A stretch of DNA of 64,000 nucleotides. Source: Pseudomonadota bacterium (lineage in GTDB: Bacteria; Myxococcota; Myxococcia; Myxococcales; JAKAPL01). Shown here one piece after another: positions 17,672 to 28,900 of the stretch (its first letter is position 1; each line of letters starts with the position of its first letter). The notes beneath the pieces were generated by a model. It was given only the letters and a program-made list of their open reading frames with translations, was not told where the DNA came from and made no database searches. Location of the stretch: NCBI GenBank assembly GCA_027451705.1, contig DAIDIT010000119.1, positions 2,012 to 66,011 on the forward strand, in the 5' to 3' direction. A program made the translations under genes and the position numbers.

Positions 17672-20600
17672 ATGCTCGCCACGATTCGCAATCGCCGTGG
17701 GATCGTGGCATCGGTGGAACCTTACGACACGACCTCCGAGGGACGCCTCCACCTGGTCCGCATCGAGTACACGGATGCCGACGGGAGCCCCGAGGACGTC
17801 GTCCTGTGGGAGCGCGAGCACAACGCCACGCTTCTCGAACCCACGGCGTTGCCGCGCGTCGGCGACGAACCACCCATGCCTCCCGGAGACTTCGACGCGC
17901 TCGTTCGCGCGAGCCGGTGGGCCGCCGTAACGCCGTTCGCCAGCGCTGACGGCGCTGATCCGGGCGCGCTACCGATCGCATCGCCGGTCTTCGGTGCCGT
18001 CCAGGTGGAGGACTTCCAGATCGTACCGGTGCTGACGGCGCTGCGCATGCCGCGCGTCTCGTTGCTGCTCGCCGATGATGTCGGCCTCGGCAAGACGATC
18101 GAGGCAGGCCTGATCCTCACGGAGCTTCTCATCCGGCGGCGAGTTCGCCGCGCCCTCATCCTCTCCCCGGCCTCTCTGCGCCGGCAATGGCAGCAGGAGA
18201 TGCACGAGAAGTTCGCGCTGGGTTTCGATGTCGTCGATCGGGCGGAGACCCACGCGCTGCAGAGACGCCTCGGGCTCGACGCCAACCCGTGGAGAACCTT
18301 CCCGAGGATCATCGCGTCGTACCACTACCTGCGCCAGCCGGACGTCCTGGAGCGGTTCAGCGCCGCATGCCGGCAGCCGGAAGGTTCGTCGGTCCTTCCC
18401 TGGGACCTGCTGATCGTCGACGAGGCGCACAACCTGATGCCCTCGAACTTTGGCGAAGACAGCGACCTCTGCAAGATGCTGCGCCTCATCAGCCCGTGGT
18501 TCGAGCACAAGCTCTTCCTGACGGCGACGCCGCACAACGGCCACACGCGCTGCTTCTCCGGCCTTCTCGAACAGCTCGACCCCGTGCGCTTTACGCAGAC
18601 GGCCGAGTTCACGCCACAGGAGCGCAAGCGGGTCGAGGAAGTGGTTGTACGCCGCCTGAAGCGCGAGGTGAACGCTCTCGACAAGAGTCAGGGTCGGCCA
18701 GAGCGGTTCGCCGAACGGTTCCTGGAGCCTCTGCCCCTGTTTTTCGGCGTGCACGAAAAGGCGCTCTCGGCGGCGGCCCTCGAGTTTCGGAAGGGCGTAC
18801 GATCTTCCGTCACAGCGTCGGGCCGCGCAGACCAGCTCGCCGGCACATTCGCAGTCGAGGTTCTCAACAAGCGCCTCCTCTCGTGCCCGGCCACGTTTGC
18901 CGACTCCTGGTTCCGCTTCAAGGAGGGCATGGAGGAGAGCGATGCAGCCGGCGCCGAGGAGATGTCGGCTGCGCACCGCGCCAGCGAGGAGGACCTTGCT
19001 GACGATCGCGAGAAGGTGGGCCGCGGCCGCCATGCCAGTCGCACCGCCGGCGCATGGCTGAAACCGCTGGCCGGGAAGTTGAAGACGGAGATCGCCGCCG
19101 TGGATGCCGCGCTCGAGGCGCTCGGCATCCGCACCGAGGACGAAAGCGTCACGAAGCCGAACGAGGATCAGCGGTGGGAGCGCCTCCTCGGTCTGGTGAA
19201 GCATCGCCTCCGTCAGGGGGCCGGCTGGGCGGCGGACGAGCGCCTGATTGTGTTCACCGAGTACAAGACGACGCTGGACTATCTTGCGGATCGCCTGAAG
19301 GCGGAGTTCAAGGACGACGGTCACGCGATCCGCGTGCTCTTCGGCGGGGAGGACTGCGACCGAGAAGCGATCAAAGCCGCGTTCAACGACCCGAACGACC
19401 CGGTGCGCATCCTCGTCGCAACGGACGCCGCCTCCGAAGGCATGAACCTTCAGGAGACGGCGCGCCTGCTGCTCCACTTCGACGTTCCGTGGAACCCATC
19501 GCGACTCGAGCAACGGAATGGTCGCCTCGACCGACATGGCCAGGCGCGCGATGTGACGGTCTTCCACTTCGTCAGCGACGACGATGCGGACCTAAAGTTT
19601 CTCGCGCACGTTGTAGGCAAGGTCGATGCGATCCGCGAAGACCTCGGGGCCATGGGGGAGGTGTTCGACGCGGCCTTCCAGCTACGGTTCGCCGACATCC
19701 AGGACACCGATCACGTCACGCGGACGCTTGACGTTGCAGTGGAGAAGACGAAGGGCCGTGCAGAGATTCCGCGCGCGCCGGACCTCGGAACTGCCGAAGC
19801 CCAGCGCCTGACGGACCTCTGCAGGCAGATCGATCTGTCGCCGGAGACTCTCCGGAAGACCCTGGACGTCGCGCTCGGACTCAACTTCGGTCGGCCTCGC
19901 CTCGATGGTCCGGACGGACACGGCCGCTTCCGCCTCCGGCACCCGTTGCCGCCGCGGTGGAAAGGGATCATCGACGACGCCCTGCGTGTGGAGCGCACAG
20001 GGCGCGATCAGGGCGCTCTCCCCGCCGTAGTCTTCGACCCGAGCCACTTCGTACAGGTGCTTTCCGGTCGTCCCGTCTTCCGGCCCGCGAAGGACACGGT
20101 TCTCTTGCACCTCGGCCATCCCCTGTTCCGCCAAGCGCTGGGTCTCTTTGCCCGGGCTCGCTTCCCCGGGGGGCACCAGGGCGGATCGGCGAGCCGCTGG
20201 ACCGTGCGCTATGGCGACGTCCCGCCCGGCGTCGACGCGATCCTGCTCGTGACGGTGGAGGAGCTGGCGGTAAACGAGCTGCGCGAGCCCTTCCATCACT
20301 GGGTTCGCTCGATCCGTTTGCCCGTGCGCAAGGGCACCCTCGGCGATCCCCTCGAAGCGGTACCACCGGGCGACGACCATCCGCCGGAGTCTCCCGTGGA
20401 GGAAGCCGCCATCGAGCGCGCGGCGGGCCTCTGGCTCGAGATTGGCCCCGAGGTGCCTCCGCTCCTAGAACGCATGGCCACCCAAGCCACCCAGCGCGTC
20501 GAGCAACAACTCGGTGCCGCGGCCAAGGCTGCCCTCGTGAACGAGAAGGAGCGCTTCCGCCATCGGCTCAAGGAGGTTGAGCGTGCGATGCAGGAGACCA

Positions 20601-20878
20601 CGCTCCAGAGGCTCGAACGCGAGCGCGAGAAGCTTCTTGGCGAGATGCGCCAGGGTGCGCTCTTCCCCGAGGTCATCCGTGAGAGGGAGCAGGAGCTGCG
20701 CGACCTCGATGAGGAGCTTCACCGCCGCCGGCACCACTACCAGGAACTCCTCGAGCAGCTCCGGATCGAGCAGAGCCGGGTAGTGGAGAGACTCCTGCCC
20801 AAGCGATACGCGCTTCGTGGTCGGGTTCAGATCTTCCCCGTAGCTGTCGAGATCCGCCTCCGCGAGGCACGCCGATGA
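17672..20878 (+). CDS. SNF2-family helicase (DISARM DrmD-like)
   Basis: ATG chosen at 17672. Motifs DVGLGKTIEAG, LLIVDEAHNL, LTATPHNGH and VATDAASEGMNLQ...WNPSRLEQRNGRLDRHGQ. The stop overlaps the next ATG. Confidence 0.8.
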   Translation: MLATIRNRRGIVASVEPYDTTSEGRLHLVRIEYTDADGSPEDVVLWEREHNATLLEPTALPRVGDEPPMPPGDFDALVRASRWAAVTPFASADGADPGALPIASPVFGAVQVEDFQIVPVLTALRMPRVSLLLADDVGLGKTIEAGLILTELLIRRRVRRALILSPASLRRQWQQEMHEKFALGFDVVDRAETHALQRRLGLDANPWRTFPRIIASYHYLRQPDVLERFSAACRQPEGSSVLPWDLLIVDEAHNLMPSNFGEDSDLCKMLRLISPWFEHKLFLTATPHNGHTRCFSGLLEQLDPVRFTQTAEFTPQERKRVEEVVVRRLKREVNALDKSQGRPERFAERFLEPLPLFFGVHEKALSAAALEFRKGVRSSVTASGRADQLAGTFAVEVLNKRLLSCPATFADSWFRFKEGMEESDAAGAEEMSAAHRASEEDLADDREKVGRGRHASRTAGAWLKPLAGKLKTEIAAVDAALEALGIRTEDESVTKPNEDQRWERLLGLVKHRLRQGAGWAADERLIVFTEYKTTLDYLADRLKAEFKDDGHAIRVLFGGEDCDREAIKAAFNDPNDPVRILVATDAASEGMNLQETARLLLHFDVPWNPSRLEQRNGRLDRHGQARDVTVFHFVSDDDADLKFLAHVVGKVDAIREDLGAMGEVFDAAFQLRFADIQDTDHVTRTLDVAVEKTKGRAEIPRAPDLGTAEAQRLTDLCRQIDLSPETLRKTLDVALGLNFGRPRLDGPDGHGRFRLRHPLPPRWKGIIDDALRVERTGRDQGALPAVVFDPSHFVQVLSGRPVFRPAKDTVLLHLGHPLFRQALGLFARARFPGGHQGGSASRWTVRYGDVPPGVDAILLVTVEELAVNELREPFHHWVRSIRLPVRKGTLGDPLEAVPPGDDHPPESPVEEAAIERAAGLWLEIGPEVPPLLERMATQATQRVEQQLGAAAKAALVNEKERFRHRLKEVERAMQETTLQRLEREREKLLGEMRQGALFPEVIREREQELRDLDEELHRRRHHYQELLEQLRIEQSRVVERLLPKRYALRGRVQIFPVAVEIRLREARR

Positions 20879-23800
20879 CGCTGCCGGGCGCACCCTCCGA
20901 CGCCCCGAACTGGTGGGCATCGCTGAAGCACGGGGGCATGCTCATCGCCCCCGCGCGCCTCGTCGAGCACTTCGCGTCGGAGTGCGCGCCTCTGCCGCGC
21001 TATCTCTCCGATCGCCTGCGCCGAGATCTGCTCCGCCTCCGCAGCGGCGACGGAGATCAGCTCAGCGCTTTTCTCGATATCGTGCTGGAAGACATCGTCG
21101 GGCTCGCTCGCGCCCGCTGGGTGAAGGGAAGCGACGTCGAGACGCGCTGGTCTCACAAGGCACTCACCGGTGAGATCATCAAGCCACGCCGTCTCTGGCA
21201 AGCTGGCGACGGCGTTGTCCTGCCGGTCTTCGTGGTTGACGCATCGACGGCCGGAGACCGTTACGCACATGAGGGTCGCCTCGGCATCGGTCGCGGCCGT
21301 CGGCCGGTGTCGCGCGTCGTCGAATGGCTCCGGCGGTCCGGTGAGAAGGTCGCGCTGCTGACGAACGGGCACCAGTGGCGCCTGATTCACGCCGGTGCCG
21401 ACTATGACGCGTGGTGCGAGTGGGACACGGATCTCTGGTTCGAGGAAGGCGTCCCGGGCCCACAGGTCACGGCGCTTCGGATTCTCCTCGGTGAGTCCGC
21501 GCTGCAGGCGCCGAGGCCCGGCGAGCCGTCGCCGCTCGTCGCCGCCGTTCTCGCGTCTCGCCGCGGCCAGGCCGAGCTATCCGCTGCGCTCGGCGAGCGC
21601 GTGCGGCTTGCGGTGGAGATCCTCATCCGCGAATCGGCCGCAGCTCTCTCTGCCGTCGACGGCGATGGGCCGCGCCAGGTTTCGCGGCGCGATCTGTACA
21701 TCGCCGCGACCCGCCTGGTCATGCGCTGCGTGGTCGTCCTCTTCGCGGAGGCGCGCGATCTCCTTCCGCGCGACAACGCGATCTACCACGGGAGCTACGG
21801 CGCCCAGGGACTCCGCGAACAGCTCACGCGCCTCGGCGGAGGGCGTGCTGAGCGGCTTCGCCACTCTCACAGCGGCTGGCCGCGCCTTCTCGCGCTCTTC
21901 CGGTTGATCCACCAGGGATCGCCGCACGAGGCGCTACCGATACTGCGCTACGGTGGAGGGCTCTTCGCACCGGGTGACCGCGCATCGAAGGAGGGAGTGC
22001 TTCGCGCGCTCGCTGCATTCGAAGATCCGAGCAACGCCCCGACCGACGCGGCGATTCACGAGATCCTCGAGCTGCTCTGCGTCAGCAAGGTCAAGGTCCG
22101 GCAAGGCCGCTCAGGCACCTGGGTTCCCGCCCCCGTGGACTTCTCGGACCTCTCGTCGGAGTACATCGGCATCCTGTACGAGGGGCTCCTCGACTTCGAG
22201 CTACACCGCGCGCCCGACCACGATGCCGTCGTGTTCCTCCGTCTGGGCGACGAGCCGGCCTTGCCGCTCTCGCGGCTCGAGGAGGAAATGGCGCCGAAGC
22301 GGCTCGCCGAGCTCATCGGCAAACTGACGAAGAGCACCAAGAAACTGGCCGCAGCGGAAGGCGAGGAGGAGGACGAGGAAGAAGAAGAAACCGCCGGAGA
22401 AGAGGAGGAAGAAAGTGGTGAGCCAGAGGGAGAGGTTCAGCCTGAAGAACCGGCGGCCGAGGAATCGTCCGATCTCGCCGACGCGGAGAACGCCGGCTTC
22501 GACATCGCCCGCGAGGTTCGCGAGCGCGCCGAGATCTGGGCGGAGAAGGCGGTCAAGGAGGCGAAGCTCGTTCCCTATCCGCGCCGGGACACCGACGTTG
22601 CCGTCCGCGACCGCTGGGCCGAGCAAGTCAGGAAGAGGGCCCGTGCGCTCTATCGGCTCGTGCTGCCCGGGCAGTGGTACCTCGCCCGGTGGGGTGGCAC
22701 GCGAAAGGGCGCGGGGACCTTCTACACGCGCCCGCAACTTGCGGTTCCGACCGCGCGTCGCGCACTCCAGCCTCTCTGCTACGAACCCGCCGAACAGGTG
22801 ACAGACGAGTCGACCGGGCTGACGACAGTCACCAAGTGGGTCCCGCGCCGGCCGGAAGAGATCCTGGCGCTCAAGGTCTGCGATCCCGCGATGGGCTCCG
22901 GCTCCTTCCTCGTAGCCGCCCTTCGCTACCTGACCGACGCGCTCGTCGAAAGCCTCCACTTCCACAAACGGCTTCACGCGCGGCCCGACGGGGCGATTTG
23001 CAAGCTCGCCGATGGCCTGCCTCTCGACCATCCCTCGCAGGAGACGGTTCCGGTCCCGCTCGATCACCCCGAGTTCGACGACCGCCTGGCTGCGAGGCTC
23101 AAGCGTCACGTCGTCGAGCGCTGCATCTACGGCGTCGACATCGACCCGCTCGCCGTCGAGCTCGCGCGCATGGCCCTCTGGGTCGAGACGATGGATCGCC
23201 GGCTCCCCTTCGGCTTCCTCGACCACAAGCTGAGGTGCGGCAACGCCCTCGTCGGTTGCTGGTTCGACTGGTTCCAGGACTACCCGGTTATGGCGTTCGA
23301 GCGGGACGACGCCGGCGACAAGAACCACGACCGCTTCGTGCACCACTTCCGCGAGTACACCGCGCAGCGCGGAAAGAAGAAGGGCGATGTTCAGCGCTCG
23401 GGGGACGTCTGGACGCAACGCTGGAAGCAGGTGAAGGAAGACGTCGTCAAGCCCGAGCTCAAGTCGTGGCTCGTCGACAAACGCCAGGGCTACGTCTTCC
23501 CCTTCGCCTCGCAGGGCTTGACACCAGAGGGCATCCACGATGAGGCGCTGGCCGCCTTCCGCGAGCTTCACGAGCTGCCCGTTCACGAGGTCGATCGACG
23601 CGAGCAGATCTATCGCGAGAAGATCGACGGCAACCCAGCGCTGGCGCGCCTACGAGAATCTTTCGACACTTGGTGCGCCATCTGGTTTTGGCCCGGTGAC
23701 AAGCTCGATGTGATGCCCACGCCGAGGAACTTCCGCGATCCGCCCGCGGCTGCCCGCGAGGTCGTGGCGAAGGTCCGAGCGGATCAGACGTTCTTCCACT

Positions 23801-25983
23801 GGGAGCTCGAGTTCCCGGACGTGTTCACTGGCCCGGGTTCGGGCTTCGACGCCGTGATCGGCAACCCCCCTTGGGAGATCCAGAAGCCCAACTCGAAGGA
23901 GTTCTTCTCGAACATCGATCCCCTGTACCGTACTTACGGGAAGCAGGACGCGCTGCGCTCGCAGAAGGAGTACTTCGAGCGCAATGCGGCGGTCGAGCAG
24001 GACTGGCTCTCCTACTCCGCGCGATTCAAGTCGCTCTCGACCTGGAACAAGTTCGTCGCCTCTCCATACGGCGACACCGGGGATGGTGAACGGAGCTTCG
24101 GCTTCACACGGTCTTCGAGCGAGAACGAAGCGCTCCATGCGGTGTGGCGCCGGAACCGAGCCACCCGGACCGGCTACGCCGATCGCGAGCATCCCTTTCG
24201 CTACCAGGGTTCGGCCGACCTCAACACGTACAAGATGTTCTGCGAGGCAGGCCGCGCGATTCTGCGCCAGGACGCCTACCTCGGACTCCTGACACCCTCG
24301 GGGCTTTACACCGACAAGGGATCGACTGATCTGCGCAAGCTCTTCTTGGAAAAGAGCCGGTGGGAGTGGCTGTTCGGATTCGAGAACCGCCAAGGGATTT
24401 TCGACATCCACCGGTCGTTCAAGTTCAACCCGATCATCGTGCGCAAAGGAGGCAAGACCTCCGCGATCCGCACGGCCTTCATGCACCGATCCGTCGAAGA
24501 CTGGCAGGACGCTGAACGCCATGCGTTGCCTTACCCCCGTGAGCGAGTCGAGCAGTTCAGCCCGAGGTCGAGCGCCATCCTTGAGATCCGGTCGGCGCGC
24601 GACCTCGCGGTCCTCGAGAAGATGTACGCGAACGCGGTGCTGCTCGGGGACGATGGCCCCGACGGCTGGGGGATCCGGTACGCGCGAGAGTTCGACATGA
24701 CGAACGAATCGAAGCTGTTCCCGCCGCGCCCGAAATGGGAAGAGCGCGGCTACAAGCCGAACGAGTACGGGCTGTGGATCGGGCCCGACGGCGAGGTCGC
24801 GTTACCCCTTTATGAGGGGCGCATGGTAGGCCAGTTCGACTTCAGCAAGAAGGGCTGGGTGCGAGGCAAAGGCCGAAGCGCGGAATGTCGCGACATCCCG
24901 TTCGACGTGAAAGCCGTCGAGCCTCAGTATTTGATCAGGCTTGCCGACTATGCAGGAGCGCAGGATCGCAACGGGGAGCCGAAGGCGGTGCGTGGCGCAA
25001 AGCTGGCATTCATGGACATCACCGCTGCGACTAACGCGCGAACAATGGTAGCCGCGGTGCTTTTCGACGCTCCCTGCGGCAATTCGGCGCCCGTACTCCA
25101 GGCAAGGCACGGGAGTCTCAAGGCTCTCGCCGCGCTCCTGAATAGCTTCGCCTATGACTTCGTAGCGCGAGCACGCTGTGGCGGTCTGCATCTCAACTAC
25201 TTCGTCATCGAGGAAACCCCACTCCCTAAACCACCCGACCGCGAACAAATCCTGCAGCATCTGAATCGCCTGGGATTATCCATCGGCGGAGTGAGCATCC
25301 TCTTCGCCCGAGAGTGGATGGAACATCGCGATCGGCGGTGGCCCTGGAAGCGCCGCTGGGCGGTGACCGAGTATGAGCGTCTTCGAATACGGAGCATTGT
25401 CGATGCGCTCGCTGCGAGGACCTATGGACTCGAGCAGAACGAACTCGAATGGGTCCTGCGCGACTGCGATCACCCCACGGCTGTTCTTCGCTCCGACGAG
25501 TCCACGACCACGCTGGACCCGAAGGGGTTCTGGCGCATCGACAAGGACAAGGATCCAGAGGTTCGCCACACGGTCCTCACTCTCGTCGCGTTCCACGAGC
25601 TGAAGCGCATTGGGCTCGAAGCGTTCCTCGCCTTGAATGACGGCGAGGGCTGGATGCTCCCCGAGACGCTGCGCCTCGCGGACTACGGCCTCGGCCACGA
25701 CGACCGAGCGAAGGAGGCGCAGCCGGTCGCGTCGCGCCTCGGCCCGCGGTTCTTGCCTTGGCAGCTCGAGCAGAGCGTCGCGGAGTCGTGGGAAGAGTGT
25801 GCGCGGCACGCGGAGCGGCTGGAGGCGCTCCTGGGACGCCCTTTCGCAGCGGGCGCAGGGAGCGAGCAGGCACCTCCGCCCGGCGCAAGCAAGCCGACCG
25901 ATCTGTTCGGCCAGCCGCTCCCGACCGACCTGTTCGGAAACGTGATCGCGGAAAGAACAAGCCGCGGAAGAAGAGGTAGGTGA
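20875..25983 (+). CDS. very large N6-adenine DNA methyltransferase (Eco57I/type IIG-like, DISARM DrmMI-like)
   Basis: Motif I KVCDPAMGSGSFLVAAL and motif IV VIGNPPWEIQKP. The N-terminal ALLTNGHQWRLIH resembles HsdR_N/type IIG N-domains. An internal poly-acidic linker is present. Confidence 0.8.
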   Translation: MTLPGAPSDAPNWWASLKHGGMLIAPARLVEHFASECAPLPRYLSDRLRRDLLRLRSGDGDQLSAFLDIVLEDIVGLARARWVKGSDVETRWSHKALTGEIIKPRRLWQAGDGVVLPVFVVDASTAGDRYAHEGRLGIGRGRRPVSRVVEWLRRSGEKVALLTNGHQWRLIHAGADYDAWCEWDTDLWFEEGVPGPQVTALRILLGESALQAPRPGEPSPLVAAVLASRRGQAELSAALGERVRLAVEILIRESAAALSAVDGDGPRQVSRRDLYIAATRLVMRCVVVLFAEARDLLPRDNAIYHGSYGAQGLREQLTRLGGGRAERLRHSHSGWPRLLALFRLIHQGSPHEALPILRYGGGLFAPGDRASKEGVLRALAAFEDPSNAPTDAAIHEILELLCVSKVKVRQGRSGTWVPAPVDFSDLSSEYIGILYEGLLDFELHRAPDHDAVVFLRLGDEPALPLSRLEEEMAPKRLAELIGKLTKSTKKLAAAEGEEEDEEEEETAGEEEEESGEPEGEVQPEEPAAEESSDLADAENAGFDIAREVRERAEIWAEKAVKEAKLVPYPRRDTDVAVRDRWAEQVRKRARALYRLVLPGQWYLARWGGTRKGAGTFYTRPQLAVPTARRALQPLCYEPAEQVTDESTGLTTVTKWVPRRPEEILALKVCDPAMGSGSFLVAALRYLTDALVESLHFHKRLHARPDGAICKLADGLPLDHPSQETVPVPLDHPEFDDRLAARLKRHVVERCIYGVDIDPLAVELARMALWVETMDRRLPFGFLDHKLRCGNALVGCWFDWFQDYPVMAFERDDAGDKNHDRFVHHFREYTAQRGKKKGDVQRSGDVWTQRWKQVKEDVVKPELKSWLVDKRQGYVFPFASQGLTPEGIHDEALAAFRELHELPVHEVDRREQIYREKIDGNPALARLRESFDTWCAIWFWPGDKLDVMPTPRNFRDPPAAAREVVAKVRADQTFFHWELEFPDVFTGPGSGFDAVIGNPPWEIQKPNSKEFFSNIDPLYRTYGKQDALRSQKEYFERNAAVEQDWLSYSARFKSLSTWNKFVASPYGDTGDGERSFGFTRSSSENEALHAVWRRNRATRTGYADREHPFRYQGSADLNTYKMFCEAGRAILRQDAYLGLLTPSGLYTDKGSTDLRKLFLEKSRWEWLFGFENRQGIFDIHRSFKFNPIIVRKGGKTSAIRTAFMHRSVEDWQDAERHALPYPRERVEQFSPRSSAILEIRSARDLAVLEKMYANAVLLGDDGPDGWGIRYAREFDMTNESKLFPPRPKWEERGYKPNEYGLWIGPDGEVALPLYEGRMVGQFDFSKKGWVRGKGRSAECRDIPFDVKAVEPQYLIRLADYAGAQDRNGEPKAVRGAKLAFMDITAATNARTMVAAVLFDAPCGNSAPVLQARHGSLKALAALLNSFAYDFVARARCGGLHLNYFVIEETPLPKPPDREQILQHLNRLGLSIGGVSILFAREWMEHRDRRWPWKRRWAVTEYERLRIRSIVDALAARTYGLEQNELEWVLRDCDHPTAVLRSDESTTTLDPKGFWRIDKDKDPEVRHTVLTLVAFHELKRIGLEAFLALNDGEGWMLPETLRLADYGLGHDDRAKEAQPVASRLGPRFLPWQLEQSVAESWEECARHAERLEALLGRPFAAGAGSEQAPPPGASKPTDLFGQPLPTDLFGNVIAERTSRGRRGR

Positions 25984-25986
25984 CCC

Positions 25987-28900
25987 GTGCTCAACCCGAT
26001 CACGTACACGGAACATGTCGTCGGCGACTTTCTCCGATATCAGCTCACGACGTATCCCTTCGCCGATCGCGGCCTACACGACCAGATGCGGCGCCTCCTC
26101 AACCTGGAGGAGACGCGGGCGACGCCGCTTCTGAAGGGCCCCTACGTCAGCCTGAGCCGATCCTTCCGCAAGGGAGCCAGGCTGGCCGAACTCGTCACGG
26201 CTGGCGTCCTGCATCCACACCTGCCGCACCTCGCGCCGCATCCGCATGTGTACGGCCACCAGGAAACCGCGATTCGATCCATCGCAGCCGGAAAGACCAC
26301 GCTCGTCTCCACCGGCACCGGATCTGGCAAGACGGAGTGCTTCCTCTATCCGATCATCAGCCGCTGCCTGAAGCTGCGCGACGAACAGGCGCCGGCGGGA
26401 ATCGTGGCCGTCATCGTGTACCCGATGAACGCACTCGCCGAGGATCAGCTCGGTCGCCTTCGAGAGCTCCTCGCCGGTACGGGCATCACGTTCGGCATGT
26501 ACATCGGCAAGACGCCGGAGCGCTCCGAGGACGTTCCCGGTATTCGGCTGCCGACCGGATCGTCTCGCGCCGACTACGCCCGGTCGCTCGACACCGCACG
26601 CATGGAGAAACAGCCGCACGCGATCCACCCTCCGGAGGAGCGCGTCGCCCGGGACGAGATGCGCACGGCTGGCAAGCAACCGCGCATTCTGCTGACCAAC
26701 GTGAAGCAGCTCGAGCTGCTCCTCACGCGCCAGAAGGACATCGAGCTCTTCGACGGGTCGCGCCTCGAGTTCCTCGTGTTTGACGAAGCCCACACGTTCA
26801 GCGGCGCTGCGGGTGCGGAGACGGCCTGCCTCATCCGGCGGCTTCGCGCCTACTGCGGGCGCGGCCCGGCGGAGACGGCTTGCGTCGCAACGTCGGCGAC
26901 CATCGCCGACCCGGAGCGCGGTCCGGAGGCAGGCCGCGAATTCGCCGCGCGGTTTTTCGGCGTCCCCGCTGCGTCGGTAACCCTCGTCGGCGAGGAGTAC
27001 GAGCCCGACGTCTGGGCGAGCGGCCGCAACTTGCCCGGCCCGCTTCCTGGCAATCCATCGGTCCAGCTACGCACGGTGCTCGACGCTGTCGCGGGTGTCG
27101 AGAACGACGGTCCATCCGACGCGGCCGTCCGTGTTCTTCAGAGCGTCTTCCAGTCGATGACGGGCTCGAGCCTCGATGGGGCCCGCTGGCAGGAGAGCCT
27201 CTACGATCGGCTCGCGGCAAACGAGGTCGTGTACCAGACTGCGGAGTCTCTGCGGAGTGCTCGCTCGCTCGGCGATCTGGTCGAAGACCTGGCTCGCGCG
27301 GTCGGCCGCCCAGTGCCCGAGGAAGAGGTTCTCGCGTGGCTCGCTCTGGGCGCCGTGTCGCGGAAGGAAGGCCGACCGCTGCTCCGTCCAGTGGTTCACG
27401 CGTTCGTGAGAGGCGTCGGAGGCGCGGTTGTGACCTTCCCCGTGGAACAAGCCGGACCGAAGCTCTGGCTCTCCGCCGAGGAGGCGGTCGCGGGCGACAG
27501 TGACCTCTATCGTTTGCCCGTCCTGAGCTGCACGACGTGTGGGCAGCACTACTTCGTGCACCACGTCGCCGACTTCAGCTTCCTCGAAAAAGCACCGCAG
27601 GGCGGGGAGGCCGTCGAGAACCGGGTCGTGTGGCGCGCTCTCGATCCCGCGCAGGGTGGCAAGCGACTCGTCCTCGTCGATCGCCTCGTGACCGACGACC
27701 AGGGCGACGCTGGAGAAGGCGACGACGGTGATGGCGACCCGACGCCACGCCGGTGGGGTGCCCCGATCTTTCTCTGTCGCTTCTGTGGTGCACTGCATCC
27801 TGCCCAGCAGGCGCGCTGCGACGGATGCGGCCGTGACGCCGCTCTCATCGGGCTCTTCGTTGCCCGGCAGAAGGACGCCGCGCCAGGCTACCTCACATCC
27901 TGCGTGGCCTGCGGCGCGCTGGGACGTCAGCGCGTCGGTCTCTACCGGGAGCCTGCGCGTCCAATCCGCGCCGTCGCTGTCTCGGACGTCCATGTGCTCG
28001 CGCAGAACATGTTGCAGTACGCCGAGCGCCGCCGGCTCCTCGTCTTCGCGGACAACCGACAGGACGCGGCCTTCCAGGCGGGCTGGATGCAGGACCACGC
28101 GCGTCGCTACCGCCTGCGTGCGCTCGTCCACGAGCGGCTCATGCAGGGACCCGTCTCGGTCGGCGATCTGACCGCGCATCTCGACGAGTACCTGGACCGC
28201 GACGACGACCTGTCACGGGCGCTCGTTCCAGAGGTCTGGCGAGTCCACCGCAAGGAGGCTGAGGGCGTTCGCCACAGCGAGGAGCGCAAGCGCTTCCTTC
28301 GCATCCAGGTGCTCCGCGAAGTGACGACGAGCATGCGCCAGCGGATCGGCCTGGAGCCGTGGGGGCGCTTGCTCGTCGACTACGCCGGCCTGCTGCCCGA
28401 GCTGCCATTCTTCCAGCGGTGGGCGGCCGAGCTCGACACGACGCCGGCGGATCTGATGTCGGGCGTGGCGACGCTACTCGACATCACCCGGCGCAGCGCC
28501 CTCGTACTCGACCGAGAGGGCCTCATCTTCTCGCACTTCTGGCAAGACGGCGACTTCGAGATCCAGCGCGGCTACCTCCCCCTGATGCCCGGTGTCCCCA
28601 AGGGCCTGAAGGTGCGACGCGAACCGGATGATGACGCTGGGCGCGTGCAGCAGTGGTTGAGTGAGCGCGGCGACACGCTCGCAAAGCAGCTCGCACGGCG
28701 ATTCCGTGTGCCGATGGAGCACCTCGACGCGTTCTTCGACGAACTGTGGCACCTGCTGGCGGACGACCTAAAGCTCCTCGCTCCCGTCACGTTGACCGGA
28801 TCACGAAACCGCGCGCTTCCCCGCTGCGCTGGCGTCCGGCAAGTCGATGCCGACAAGCTGCGGCTCGTCGCCCATCGTGGAGTCTTCCGCTGCGACACCT

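Noticed and set aside
22357-22470. Purine-rich GAR stretch encoding a poly-Glu/Asp linker in the first methyltransferase.
   Set aside because: It is an in-frame low-complexity acidic linker inside a long ORF. There is no sign of a separate element, repeat array or frameshift.
25893-25937. Tandem PTDLFG-coding repeat at the methyltransferase C-terminus (CCGACCGATCTGTTCGG / CCGACCGACCTGTTCGG), plus KDLFGNP in the 60-782 protein, considered as beta-clamp-binding motifs.
   Set aside because: The match to the QL(S/D)LF-type consensus is only loose, and such short motifs arise by chance. I could not support the idea from sequence alone.
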